64,000 nucleotides of DNA from Eledone cirrhosa (taxonomy: Eukaryota), in assembly GCA_964016885.1 (NCBI GenBank), contig OZ024748.1, forward strand, positions 496,001 to 560,000, in the 5' to 3' direction. Made by a program: the position numbers and the translations under genes. This document shows, piece by piece, positions 51,901-64,000 of this stretch (positions within the stretch are counted from its first letter, which is position 1; every line of letters starts with the position of its first letter). Below the pieces are notes generated by a model. That model ran no database searches, was not told the DNA's origin, and worked only from the letters and a program-made list of their open reading frames with translations.

Positions 51901-54900
51901 GCTAACCATCTCCCACTCTCTATCTAAACCACTGAACTAGCTAACCATCTCCCACTCTCTATCTGAACCACTGAACTAGCTAACCATCTCCCACTCACTA
52001 TCTGAACCTCTGAACTAGCTAACCATCTCCCACTATTTATCTGAACCTCTGAACCAGCTAACCATCTCCCACTCTCTATCTGAACCTCTGAACTAGCTTA
52101 CCATCTCCCACTCTCTATCTGAACCTCTGAACTAACTAACCATCTCCCACTCTCTATCTGAACCTCTGAACTAGCTAACCATCTCCCACTCTCTATCTGA
52201 ACCTCTGAACCAGCTAACCATTTCCCGCTCTCTATCTGAACCTCTGAACCAGCTAACCATCTCCCGCTCTCTATCTGAAACCTCTGAACCAGCAAACCAT
52301 CTCCTACTCTCTATCTGAACCAGCTAACCATCTCCCGCTCTCTATCTGAAACCTCTGAACCAGATAACCATCTCCCACTCTCTATCTGAACCTCTGAACC
52401 AGCTAACCATCTCCCACTCTCTATCTGAACCAGCTAACCATCTCCCGCTCTCTATCTGAACCTCTGAACTAGCTAACCATCTCCCACTCTCTATCTGAAC
52501 CAGCTAACCATCTCCCGCTCTCTATCTGAACCTCTGAACTAGCTAACCATCTCCCACTCTCTATCTGAACCTCTGAACCAGCTAACCATTTCCCGCTCTC
52601 TATCTGAACCTCTGAACCAGCTAACCATCTCCCGCTCTCTATCTGAAACCTCTGAACCAGCAAACCATCTCCTACTCTCTATCTGAACCAGCTAACCATC
52701 TCCCGCTCTCTATCTGAAACCTCTGAACCAGATAACCATCTCCCACTCTCTATCTGAACCTCTGAACCAGCTAACCATCTCCCACTCTCTATCTGAACCA
52801 GCTAACCATCTCCCGCTCTCTATCTGAACCTCTGAACTAGCTAACCATCTCCCACTCTCTATCTGAACCTCTGAACTAGCTAACCATCTCCCACTCTTTA
52901 TCTGAACCTCTGAACCAGCTAACCATCTCCCAATCTCTATCTTAACCTCTGAACTAGCTTACCATCTCCCACTCTCTATCTGAACCTCTGAACTAGCTAA
53001 CCATCTCCCACTCTCTATCTGAACCTCTGAACTAGCTAACCATCTCCCACTCTCTATCTGAACCAGCTAACCATCTCCCGCTCTCTATCTGAACCTCTGA
53101 ACTAGCTAACCATCTCCCACTCTCTATCTGAACCAGCTAACCATCTCCCGCTCTCTATCTGAACCTCTGAACTAGCTAACCATCTCCCACTCTCTATCTG
53201 AACCTCTGAACCAGCTAACCATTTCCCGCTCTCTATCTGAACCTCTGAACCAGCTAACCATCTCCCGCTCTCTATCTGAAACCTCTGAACCAGCAAACCA
53301 TCTCCTACTCTCTATCTGAACCAGCTAACCATCTCCTGCTCTCTATCTGAAACCTCTGAACCAGATAACCATCTCCCACTCTCTATCTGAACCTCTGAAC
53401 CAGCTAACCATCTCCCACTCTCTATCTGAACCAGCTAACCATCTCCCGCTCTCTATCTGAACCTCTGAACTAGCTAACCATCTCCCACTCTCTATCTGAA
53501 CCTCTGAACTAGCTAACCATCTCCCACTCTTTATCTGAACCTCTGAACCAGCTAACCATCTCCCAATCTCTATCTTAACCTCTGAACTAGCTTACCATCT
53601 CCCACTCTCTATCTGAACCTCTGAACTAGCTAACCATCTCCCACTCTCTATCTGAACCTCTGAACTAGCTAACCATCTCCCACTTTCTATCTGAACCTCT
53701 GAACCAGCTAATCATTTCCCGCTCTCTATCTGAACCTCTGAACCAGCTAACCATCTCCCGCTCTCTATCTGAAACCTCTGAACCAGCAAACCATCTCCTA
53801 CTCTCTATCTGAACCAGCTAACCATCTCCCGCTCTCTATCTGAAACCTCTGAACCAGCTAACCATCTCCCACTCTCTATCTGAACCTCTGAACCAGCTAA
53901 CCATCTCCCACTCTCTATCTGAACCAGCTAACCATCTCCCGCTCTCTATCTGAAACCTCTTAACCAGCTAACCAACATCCACTCTCTATCTGAACCTCTG
54001 AACTAGCTAACCATCTCCCACTCTCTATCTGAACCTCTGAACCAGCTAACCATCTCCCAGTCTCTATCTGAACCTCTGAAGTAGCTAACCATCTCCCACT
54101 CTCTATCTGAACCTCTGAACCAGCTAACCATCTCCCACTCTCTATCTAAACTTCTGAACCAGCTAACCATCTCCCACTCTCTATCTGAACCTCTGAACCA
54201 GCTAACCATCTCCCACTCTCTATCTGAACCAGCTAACCATCTCCCGCTCTCTATCTGAAACCTCTTAACCAGCTAACCAACATCCACTCTCTATCTGAAC
54301 CTCTGAAGTAGCTTACCATCTCCCACTCTCTATCTGAACCTCTGAACTAGCTAACCATCTCCCACTCTCTATCTGAACCTCTGAACTAGCTAACCATCTC
54401 CCACTCTCTATCTGAACCTTTGAACCAGCTAACCATTTCCTGCTCTCTATCTGAACCTCTGAACCAGCTAACCATCTCCCAGTCTCTATCTGAACCTCTG
54501 AAGTAGCTAACCATCTCCCGCTCTCTATCTGAACCTCTGAACTAGCTAACCATCTCCCACTCTCTATCTGAACCTCTAAACTAGCTAACCATCTCCCACT
54601 CACTAACTGAACCTCTGAGCCAGCTAACAATCTCCCACTCTCTATCTGAACCTCTGAAGTAGCTAACCATCTCCCACTCTCTATCTGAACCTCTGAACCA
54701 GCTAATCATCTCCCACTCTCTATCTGAACCTCTCAACTAACTAACCATCTCCCACTCTCTATCTGAACCTCTGAACCAGCTAACCATCTCCCACTCTCTA
54801 ACTGAACCTCTGAACCAGATAACCATCTCCCACTCTCTATCTGAACCTCTGAACCAGCTAACCATCTCCCGCTCTCTATCTGAACCTCTGAACCAGCTAA

Positions 54901-57900
54901 CCATTTCCCGCTCTCTATCTGAAACCTGTGAACCAGGTAACCATCTCCCATTCTCTATCTGAACCAGCTAACCATCTCCTGTTCTCTATCTGAAAACTCT
55001 AAACCAGCTAACCATCTCCCACTCTCTATCTGAACCTCTGAACTAGCTAACCATCTCCCGCTCTCTATCTGAACTTCTGAACCAGCTAACCATCTCCCAC
55101 TCTCTATCTGAACCTCTAAACTAGCTAACCATCTCCTGCTCTCTATCTAAACTTCTGAACCAGCTAACCATCTCCCGCTCTCTATTTGAACCTCTGAACT
55201 AGCTGACCATCTCCCACTCTCCATCTGAACCTCTCAACCAGCTAACCATCTCCTGCTCTCTATCTGAACTTCTGAACCAGCTAACCATCTCCCACTCTCT
55301 ATCTGAACCAGCAAACCATCTCCCACTCTCTATCTGAACCAGCTAACCATCTCCTGCTCTCTATCTGAACCTCTGAACCAGCTAACCATCTCCCGCTCTC
55401 TATCGGAATCTCTGAACCCGGTAACCATCTCCCACTCTCTATCTGAACCAGCTAACCATCTCCCGTTCTCTATCTGAAACCTCTGAACCAGCTAACCATC
55501 TCCCACTCTCTATCTGAACTTCTGAACTAGCTAACCATCTCCCACTCTCTATCTGAAACACTGAACTAGCTAACCATCTCCCACTCTCTATCTGAACCAC
55601 TGAATCAGCTAACCATCTCCCACTCTCTATCTAAACCACTGAACTAGCTAACCATCTCCCACTCTCTATCTGAACCACTGAACTAGCTAACCATCTCCCA
55701 CTCACTATCTGAACCTCTGAACTAGCTAACCATCTCCCACTATTTATCTGAACCTCTGAACCAGCTAACCATCTCCCACTCTCTATCTGAACCTCTGAAC
55801 TAGCTTACCATCTCCCACTCTCTATCTGAACCTCTGAACTAACTAACCATCTCCCACTCTCTATCTGAACCTCTGAACTAGCTAACCATCTCCCACTCTC
55901 TATCTGAACCTCTGAACCAGCTAACCATTTCCCGCTCTCTATCTGAACCTCTGAACCAGCTAACCATCTCCCGCTCTCTATCTGAAACCTCTGAACCAGC
56001 AAACCATCTCCTACTCTCTATCTGAACCAGCTAACCATCTCCCGCTCTCTATCTGAAACCTCTGAACCAGATAACCATCTCCCACTCTCTATCTGAACCT
56101 CTGAACCAGCTAACCATCTCCCACTCTCTATCTGAACCAGCTAACCATCTCCCGCTCTCTATCTGAACCTCTGAACTAGCTAACCATCTCCCACTCTCTA
56201 TCTGAACCAGCTAACCATCTCCCGCTCTCTATCTGAACCTCTGAACTAGCTAACCATCTCCCACTCTCTATCTGAACCTCTGAACCAGCTAACCATTTCC
56301 CGCTCTCTATCTGAACCTCTGAACCAGCTAACCATCTCCCGCTCTCTATCTGAAACCTCTGAACCAGCAAACCATCTCCTACTCTCTATCTGAACCAGCT
56401 AACCATCTCCCGCTCTCTATCTGAAACCTCTGAACCAGATAACCATCTCCCACTCTCTATCTGAACCTCTGAACCAGCTAACCATCTCCCACTCTCTATC
56501 TGAACCAGCTAACCATCTCCCGCTCTCTATCTGAACCTCTGAACTAGCTAACCATCTCCCACTCTCTATCTGAACCTCTGAACTAGCTAACCATCTCCCA
56601 CTCTTTATCTGAACCTCTGAACCAGCTAACCATCTCCCAATCTCTATCTTAACCTCTGAACTAGCTTACCATCTCCCACTCTCTATCTGAACCTCTGAAC
56701 TAGCTAACCATCTCCCACTCTCTATCTGAACCTCTGAACTAGCTAACCATCTCCCACTCTCTATCTGAACCAGCTAACCATCTCCCGCTCTCTATCTGAA
56801 CCTCTGAACTAGCTAACCATCTCCCACTCTCTATCTGAACCAGCTAACCATCTCCCGCTCTCTATCTGAACCTCTGAACTAGCTAACCATCTCCCACTCT
56901 CTATCTGAACCTCTGAACCAGCTAACCATTTCCCGCTCTCTATCTGAACCTCTGAACCAGCTAACCATCTCCCGCTCTCTATCTGAAACCTCTGAACCAG
57001 CAAACCATCTCCTACTCTCTATCTGAACCAGCTAACCATCTCCTGCTCTCTATCTGAAACCTCTGAACCAGATAACCATCTCCCACTCTCTATCTGAACC
57101 TCTGAACCAGCTAACCATCTCCCACTCTCTATCTGAACCAGCTAACCATCTCCCGCTCTCTATCTGAACCTCTGAACTAGCTAACCATCTCCCACTCTCT
57201 ATCTGAACCTCTGAACTAGCTAACCATCTCCCACTCTTTATCTGAACCTCTGAACCAGCTAACCATCTCCCAATCTCTATCTTAACCTCTGAACTAGCTT
57301 ACCATCTCCCACTCTCTATCTGAACCTCTGAACTAGCTAACCATCTCCCACTCTCTATCTGAACCTCTGAACTAGCTAACCATCTCCCACTCTCTATCTG
57401 AACCTCTGAACCAGCTAATCATTTCCCGCTCTCTATCTGAACCTCTGAACCAGCTAACCATCTCCCGCTCTCTATCTGAAACCTCTGAACCAGCAAACCA
57501 TCTCCTACTCTCTATCTGAACCAGCTAACCATCTCCCGCTCTCTATCTGAAACCTCTGAACCAGCTAACCATCTCCCACTCTCTATCTGAACCTCTGAAC
57601 CAGCTAACCATCTCCCACTCTCTATCTGAACCAGCTAACCATCTCCCGCTCTCTATCTGAAACCTCTTAACCAGCTAACCAACATCCACTCTCTATCTGA
57701 ACCTCTGAACTAGCTAACCATCTCCCACTCTCTATCTGAACCTCTGAACCAGCTAACCATCTCCCAGTCTCTATCTGAACCTCTGAAGTAGCTAACCATC
57801 TCCCACTCTCTATCTGAACCTCTGAACCAGCTAACCATCTCCCACTCTCTATCTAAACTTCTGAACCAGCTAACCATCTCCCACTCTCTATCTGAACCTC

Positions 57901-59016
57901 TGAACCAGCTAACCATCTCCCACTCTCTATCTGAACCAGCTAACCATCTCCCGCTCTCTATCTGAAACCTCTTAACCAGCTAACCAACATCCACTCTCTA
58001 TCTGAACCTCTGAAGTAGCTTACCATCTCCCACTCTCTATCTGAACCTCTGAACTAGCTAACCATCTCCCACTCTCTATCTGAACCTCTGAACTAGCTAA
58101 CCATCTCCCACTCTCTATCTGAACCTTTGAACCAGCTAACCATTTCCTGCTCTCTATCTGAACCTCTGAACCAGCTAACCATCTCCCAGTCTCTATCTGA
58201 ACCTCTGAAGTAGCTAACCATCTCCCGCTCTCTATCTGAAACCTCTGAACCAGCTAACCATCTCCCACTCTCTATCTGAACCAGCTAATCATCTCCCGTT
58301 CTCTATCTGAAACCTCTGAACCAGCTAACCATCTCCCACTCTCTATCTGAACCAGCTAACCATCTCCCGCTCTCTATCTGACACCTCTTAACCAGCTAAC
58401 CAACATCCACTCGCTATCTGAACCTCTGAACTAGCTAACCACCTCCCACTCTCTATCTGAACCTCTGAACCAGCTAACCATCTCCCAGTCTCTATCTGAA
58501 CCTCTGAACCAGCTAAACATCTCCCACTCTCTATCTGAACCTCTGAATCAGCTAACCATCTCCCACTCTCTATCTGAACTTCTGAACCAGCTAACTATCT
58601 CCTGCTCTCTATCTGAACTTCTGAACCAGCTAACCATCTCCCACTCTCTATCTGAATCTCTGAACCAGTGAACCATCTCCCGCTCTCTATCTGAACTTCT
58701 GAACCAGCTAACCATCTCTTGCTCTCTATCTGAAAGCTCTGAACCAGCTAACCATCTCCCACTCTCTATCTGAACCAGCTAACTATCTCGCGCTCTCTAT
58801 CTGAACTTCTGAACTAGCTAACCATCTCCCACTCTCTATCTGATCCACTGAACTAGCTAACCATCTCCCACTCTCTATCTGAACCTCTGAACCAGCTAAC
58901 CATCTCCTGCTCTCTATCTGAAACCTCTGAACCAGCAAACCATCTCCCACTCTTTATCTGAACCACTGAACTAGCTAACCATCTCCCACTCTCTATCTAA
59001 ACCTCTGAACCAGCTA
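48989..59016. repeat. ~10 kb intronic satellite, 39-bp monomer (ctctctatctgaacctctgaactagctaaccatctccca) with 31- and 40-bp variants
   Basis: Visible; 13-aa ORF period; block duplications at offsets 633 and 3707 bp. Confidence 0.97.
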
Positions 59017-59127
59017 CCAGAATCTTCCAAAAGTCATTCTGGTTTATCTTTCCTAAATATTTCCCAAACTAATTTGTTTGAATTCTAAATAATTTCTTTA
59101 ATATATGTTGTTTCTTTTCATTCGCAG

Positions 59128-59203
59128 CGTGGTGATACGTTTATGGACATTATAGAAGACTATGCTAAATATGTACCATACATGACAGCTCCAGGAAACC
59201 ATG
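59128..59203 (+). CDS. ACP7: ACP7-like exon 5 (GNH[E] motif)
   Basis: ttcgcag|RGDTFMDIIEDYAKYVPYMTAPGNH-G|gtaaga; no later exon recognised in the window. Confidence 0.93.
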
Positions 59204-59219
59204 GTAAGATACAGTGCTA

Positions 59220-59690
59220 CCATCACCACCACCACTACCACCATCATCACCACCATCACCACCACCATCATCACCACCATTACTACCACTACCACCATTA
59301 CCATCACCACCACCACCACCACCACCACCACCACCACCACCACCACCACCATCACCACCATCATCACCACCACTACTACCATCATCACCACCATTACTAC
59401 CATCACCACCAATACCATCACCACCACCACCATCATCATCACCACCACCATCACCACCACCACCATCACCACCATCATCATCAACATTCTCACCACCGCC
59501 ACCATCAACATTCTCATCACCACCACCATCATCATCATTCTCATCACCACCACCACCATCATCCTCATCACCACCACCACCATCATCTTCATTCTCACCA
59601 TCACCACCACCATCATTCTCACCACCACTACCACCATCATCATCATTCTCATCACCACCACCATCACCATGAACATTCTCATTATCATTT
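59220..59690. repeat. (CCA/CAT)n microsatellite
   Basis: Visible. Confidence 0.95.
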
Positions 59691-59698
59691 TCATTACT

Positions 59699-59995
59699 TG
59701 TAAACCCCCACTGTCCCTGTCTTTGTATTGTCCCCTACATGTCGGCCCTTGTGGCCAATAAATGACATTATTATTAGCGTGGTGGATTGGCAGTATCGGT
59801 AGAGGGTCGCATACCATGCTTTCCAACATAGAGTTGCGGCCCTTTACGGTCTGAGTTCAAATCCCGCTGAGGTTAACTTTGCCTTTCATCCTTACGGGGT
59901 CGATAAAATAAAGTACCAGTAACGTATTGAAGTTGGTTTAATCGACTTTCCCCTGCCCCAAAACTGCTGGCCTTGTGCCTAAATCAGAAACCATT
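59699..59995 (+). mobile_element. Tx1 3' tail followed by SINE family A
   Basis: 59699-59770 is nearly identical to 46336-46410; SINE at 59777-59995. Confidence 0.75.
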
Positions 59996-60142
59996 AATAT
60001 TATTACTTACGAGTTAGTTTCAGTCTTCATGTCATAGTTACTGACTCATTCTAAATATTAACATGGGAGGTAACATCTGCTTATTTCATGTGTGTGTTTG
60101 TACGATCAGACACACACACACATATATATATATATGTATATA

Positions 60143-60174
<32 letters not shown>

Positions 60175-60244
60175 GATATAGATATATATATATATGTATA
60201 TATATATATGTATATATATATATGTATATATATATGTGTATATA

Positions 60245-60280
<36 letters not shown>

Positions 60281-60283
60281 TAT

Positions 60284-62994
60284 ATCATCATCATCATCAT
60301 TTTACGTCCGCTTTTCCCTGCTTGCAAGGGTGGGACGGGTCTTATTCAGCACAGCATCTCTCCACTCGTCACGGTCCCTCGTCATCTCCACCGTGAGCTT
60401 CAATGATCTGAGGTCTGTTCTCACCACCTCCGCCCATGTTTTTCGTGGTCTACCTCTACCACGTCTTCCTTCAACTGGCATTTCCTGGCACTACTTCACC
60501 CATCGGTCATCCTCCATGCGCATCACATGTCCATACCACCTCAGTCTCCTCTCCCGTACACTACATTCTATCCCTCTCAGACACAGTTTCTCTCTCAACA
60601 CATTTATGCTGGGTCGTTCACGCACATTTACACTGCACATCCAACGGAGCATGCTTGCCTCATTTCTCTCCAGCCGTCGCATATCTTCTGCGGTAGCTGC
60701 CCATGTCTCACTACCATGCAGCATCGCGCTCCTCACACAGGCATCATACAACCGGCCTTTCGTACGCAGGGAGAAACCCTTCTTCGTCAACAGAGGAAGC
60801 AGCTCCCTAAACTTCTTCCAACCCGTCCTTATTCTAGATACTATGGCCTCGGAACACCCTCCTCCCATGCTAATCTGATCTCCTAGGTACCGGAAGCTAT
60901 CCACCACTTCTATAGCGCCCTCTCGCATTTGAAAAATGTGTCTATCAGTGCGACTTCTACTGTCTAATTTCCCTGTACATCTACTGCATACATATTTCTC
61001 CCTACCTGTTAGTTTGCCTGCTATCCCGCTACATCTCTTGTGTACCCAGGACCTACATTGTGTGCATTTTATAGAATTTATGCCAGTTCCTTTTCTGCAT
61101 ATCGAACATGGCCATTTCCCTGACGGAATCAGGGTTTTGTCCTCTTTTCTACTCATCAACACTTTTGTCTTAGCTAGATTTACTCTCAGTCCTCTTGCTT
61201 CCAACTGCTGTTTCCATAGCCGGAATTTATTCTCTAGCTCCTCTACTGATTCTGCCATAAGAGCCAGATCGTCAGCATAGAGAAGTTCCCATGGACAGCC
61301 AGTCTTAAACTCCTCTGTTATGGCTTGGAGGACTATAATGAACAAGAGCGGGCTGAGGACCGAACCCTGATGTACTCCTACTTGTATCTGGAATTCCTCA
61401 CTAAACTCCATTCCCACCCTGACTTTACTGAGAGTACCTCTGTACAAAGTTTGCACTGTCCTTACAAGCCATTCCTCAACACCCAGCTTCCTTAGGGACC
61501 ACCAGATGACAGATCGGGGTACCCTATCAAAGGCCTTCTCTAGGTCAACAAAGGCTAAGTATAGTGGCTTATTCTTCTCTAAGAACCTCTCTTGCATTTG
61601 TCTCACCAAGAAGAGGGCATCTGTTGTACTCTTCCCAGGCACAAAACCAAACTGCATCTCATCTAGTTTGACCCTTTCTCTAATTAGTTGTGCTAGAATC
61701 CTTTCTGCCACTTTCATAACCTGATCTATCAGTTTTATACCCCTATAATTGCTCCTCTCCAAAGCATCCCCTTTACCTTTGTAGCAATTTATGAGAATAC
61801 TGCTGCACCAGTCTTTGGGTATGACACCACCATATATAGCCTGATTGATTATGCGTGCAACCAGTTTAGTGCCTACGTCCCCTGATGCCTTCAGCATCTC
61901 AGCAACTATTCCCGATGGTCCGGCCGCCTTACCATTTTTCATTTCCCTAATCGCCTCTTGGACCCTATATTCGTCAATCTCAATAGCTGGTCCCTCTGTC
62001 GGATCTACCAAGGGTAATTTCTCTCTCTCCCATTCGTTCTCCACATTCATCAGTCTCTCATAATGACATTTCCAGGCCTCCTTTTTCTGGTCATTCGTGA
62101 CACTAAGTACACCGGCATCATCCCGGACACATTTATCACCAACAACATCCTGATTTGCATTGACACACTGCCTTGCAATGTGGAACACCGCACGCCTCTG
62201 ATCTTCCCGTCGCAGAACATTGGCAAACCTCCTACTCTCTGCCTCCCTGCGTGCTAAGTACACCTGACGTCTAGCTTCTCTCTTAGTGGCTGTATATTCT
62301 TCCCTACTCCCACCCTTATTCCAAGCCTTCCATGCTAGTCTTTTGTCTCTAATAGCCTTATCTACACTGCTGTTCCACCACCAGGTCACTCTCTGTCTGG
62401 TTGGAGCTCTGCTCCAGCCACAGGTTTCATCAGTAGCCTTCAGCAAGTTGTCACGTAAGAACTTCCAGTTATTATCTATGTCATACGTCTCTAAATCGTC
62501 TTCTTTTTCGTCATATACATCTTGAAGGGCTTTCCTAAATTTGAATTTTAGTGAAAGGTCTTTTAGCTTCCAGACCTTTCTTCTCGACACCTTCCTGTAT
62601 GTCTCATTCCATCTCTTGCTTACTGAGATATCACTAACAACTAACCTATGCTGTGGGGTACATTCTTCCCCAGGGTATGCCTTGGTATTAGACACTATCT
62701 GCCTGTCCCGCTGCCTAACTAGCAGGAAGTCAATCTGGCTTATGTGCTCACCAGATTTGTAGGTTATTAGGTGATTGGCAGGTTTCTGGAAGTTTGTGTT
62801 GCAAATAGTCAATGTACTTGCATCACAAAATTCAAGAAGTCTCACTCCTTCTTCATTTCTTGAACCGTAACCGTGCCCACCATGTACCCCAGTGTAACCA
62901 TCCTGGAGCTGTCCAACATGATCATTGAAGTCTCCTGCTAGCATAACGATGTCTCCGTCCTCTGTCATTGTGGTTGTTTGCAAAAGTTGCTCAT
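60284..62994 (-). mobile_element. RTE-clade LINE, 5'-truncated: partial APE endonuclease + RT + PHD-like finger
   Basis: [22 protein letters not shown] (APE); RT motifs as in the + copy; one premature TAG at 60491; (GAT)n tail; flanked by (TA)n. Confidence 0.95.
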
Positions 62995-63083
62995 ATAGAT
63001 ATATATAGATATATATATAGATATATATATATGTATATATATATATATAGATATATATATATGTATATATATATATATAGATA

Positions 63084-63120
<37 letters not shown>

Positions 63121-63699
63121 AGATATATATATATATGTATATGTATATATATATGTATAGATATATATATATATGTATATATATGTATAGATATATATAT
63201 ATATATGTATATATATGTATAGATATATATATATGTATATGTATATATATATGTATAGATATATATATATGTATATATATGTATAGATATATATATATGT
63301 ATATATATGTATAGATATATATATATGTATATATATGTATAGATATATATATATGTATAGATATAGATATGTATATATATATATGTATATATATGTATAG
63401 ATATATATATATGTATATATATGTATAGATATAGATATATATAGGGACGAGCTGATAAATTCCGACCTCACACACTTACACCTCACCAAGACAATGTCAC
63501 TGGACCGAGAGCTTTGGCGGTACTCAGTAATAGAGAAGACCCGCGTTACCTAAATACAAAGTAAAACCTACTACAGTCAGTAGGCATCTCTAACAAAATA
63601 CAACCCTGTCCCACCACCCCCACCCCATCCACACCGCCCCTTTCAATGTAAAGTTATGTTGGTGCCACAAAATCCAGGCCGAAACAAATGAGATCGTGT

Positions 63700-63965
63700 A
63701 GGTGTCACGACAAAAAAAAAAACACACAGTCCACGCTGTAATGTGACCGTGTAGGCAACACGGTAAAAACGTCCCAGTCCCACACTGTAAATGTGGTTGG
63801 TGTTAGGAAGGGCATCCAGCTGTAGAAAACCTGCCAGACAGTCCACGCTGTAATGTGGCCGTGTAGGCAACACGGTAAAAACCTCCCAGCCCCACACTGT
63901 AAATGTGGTTGGTGTTAGGAAGGGCATCCAACTGTAGAAAACCCGCCAGACAGTCCTATGCGAGC
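63700..63965 (+). repeat. ~112-bp duplicated repeat-element fragment
   Basis: acagtccacgctgtaatgtg..ggtgttaggaagggcatcca..tgtagaaaac twice; the motif is shared with the SINE body at 39205. Confidence 0.65.
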
Positions 63966-64000
63966 AAGACAACCACTCTTGCCTCAAGTGGGAAAACTCC

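Noticed and set aside
49488-57916. Repeated SEVQIESGRWLA ORFs
   Set aside because: Translations of the 39-bp satellite, frequently frameshifted
62995-63475. N-terminal YI-rich extension of the 994-aa ORF
   Set aside because: (TA)n microsatellite fused in frame to a 5'-truncated LINE

Overview
AT-rich, repeat-dense animal genomic DNA. The SINE, RTE and microsatellite landscape looks cephalopod (Octopus-like); this is an inference from repeat style only. One host gene is supported: a secreted purple acid phosphatase (ACP7-like) on the + strand. Five exons (26996-59203) join in phase through canonical GT-AG introns and supply the DxG, GDxxY and GNH(E) metallophosphoesterase motifs; the gene continues beyond the window. 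The rest is microsatellites, 16/25/39/93/154-bp tandem arrays (including a ~10 kb 39-bp intronic satellite), two SINE families, two near-identical RTE LINE copies in opposite orientation whose ORF carries a PHD-type finger, Tx1/L1 remnants, non-autonomous Helitrons and a 200-N gap. The most striking unannotated signal is about 13 copies at 9 loci of sequence-divergent minimal type I hammerhead ribozyme motifs (helix I-CUGANGA-helix II-GAAA-short or palindromic helix III-NUH-helix I'). Many are paired head-to-head in long fold-back palindromes next to (TA)n tracts, consistent with a diverse population of non-coding Penelope-like/retrozyme-type ribozyme elements. All RNA structures were derived by eye and need covariance-model and cleavage tests.
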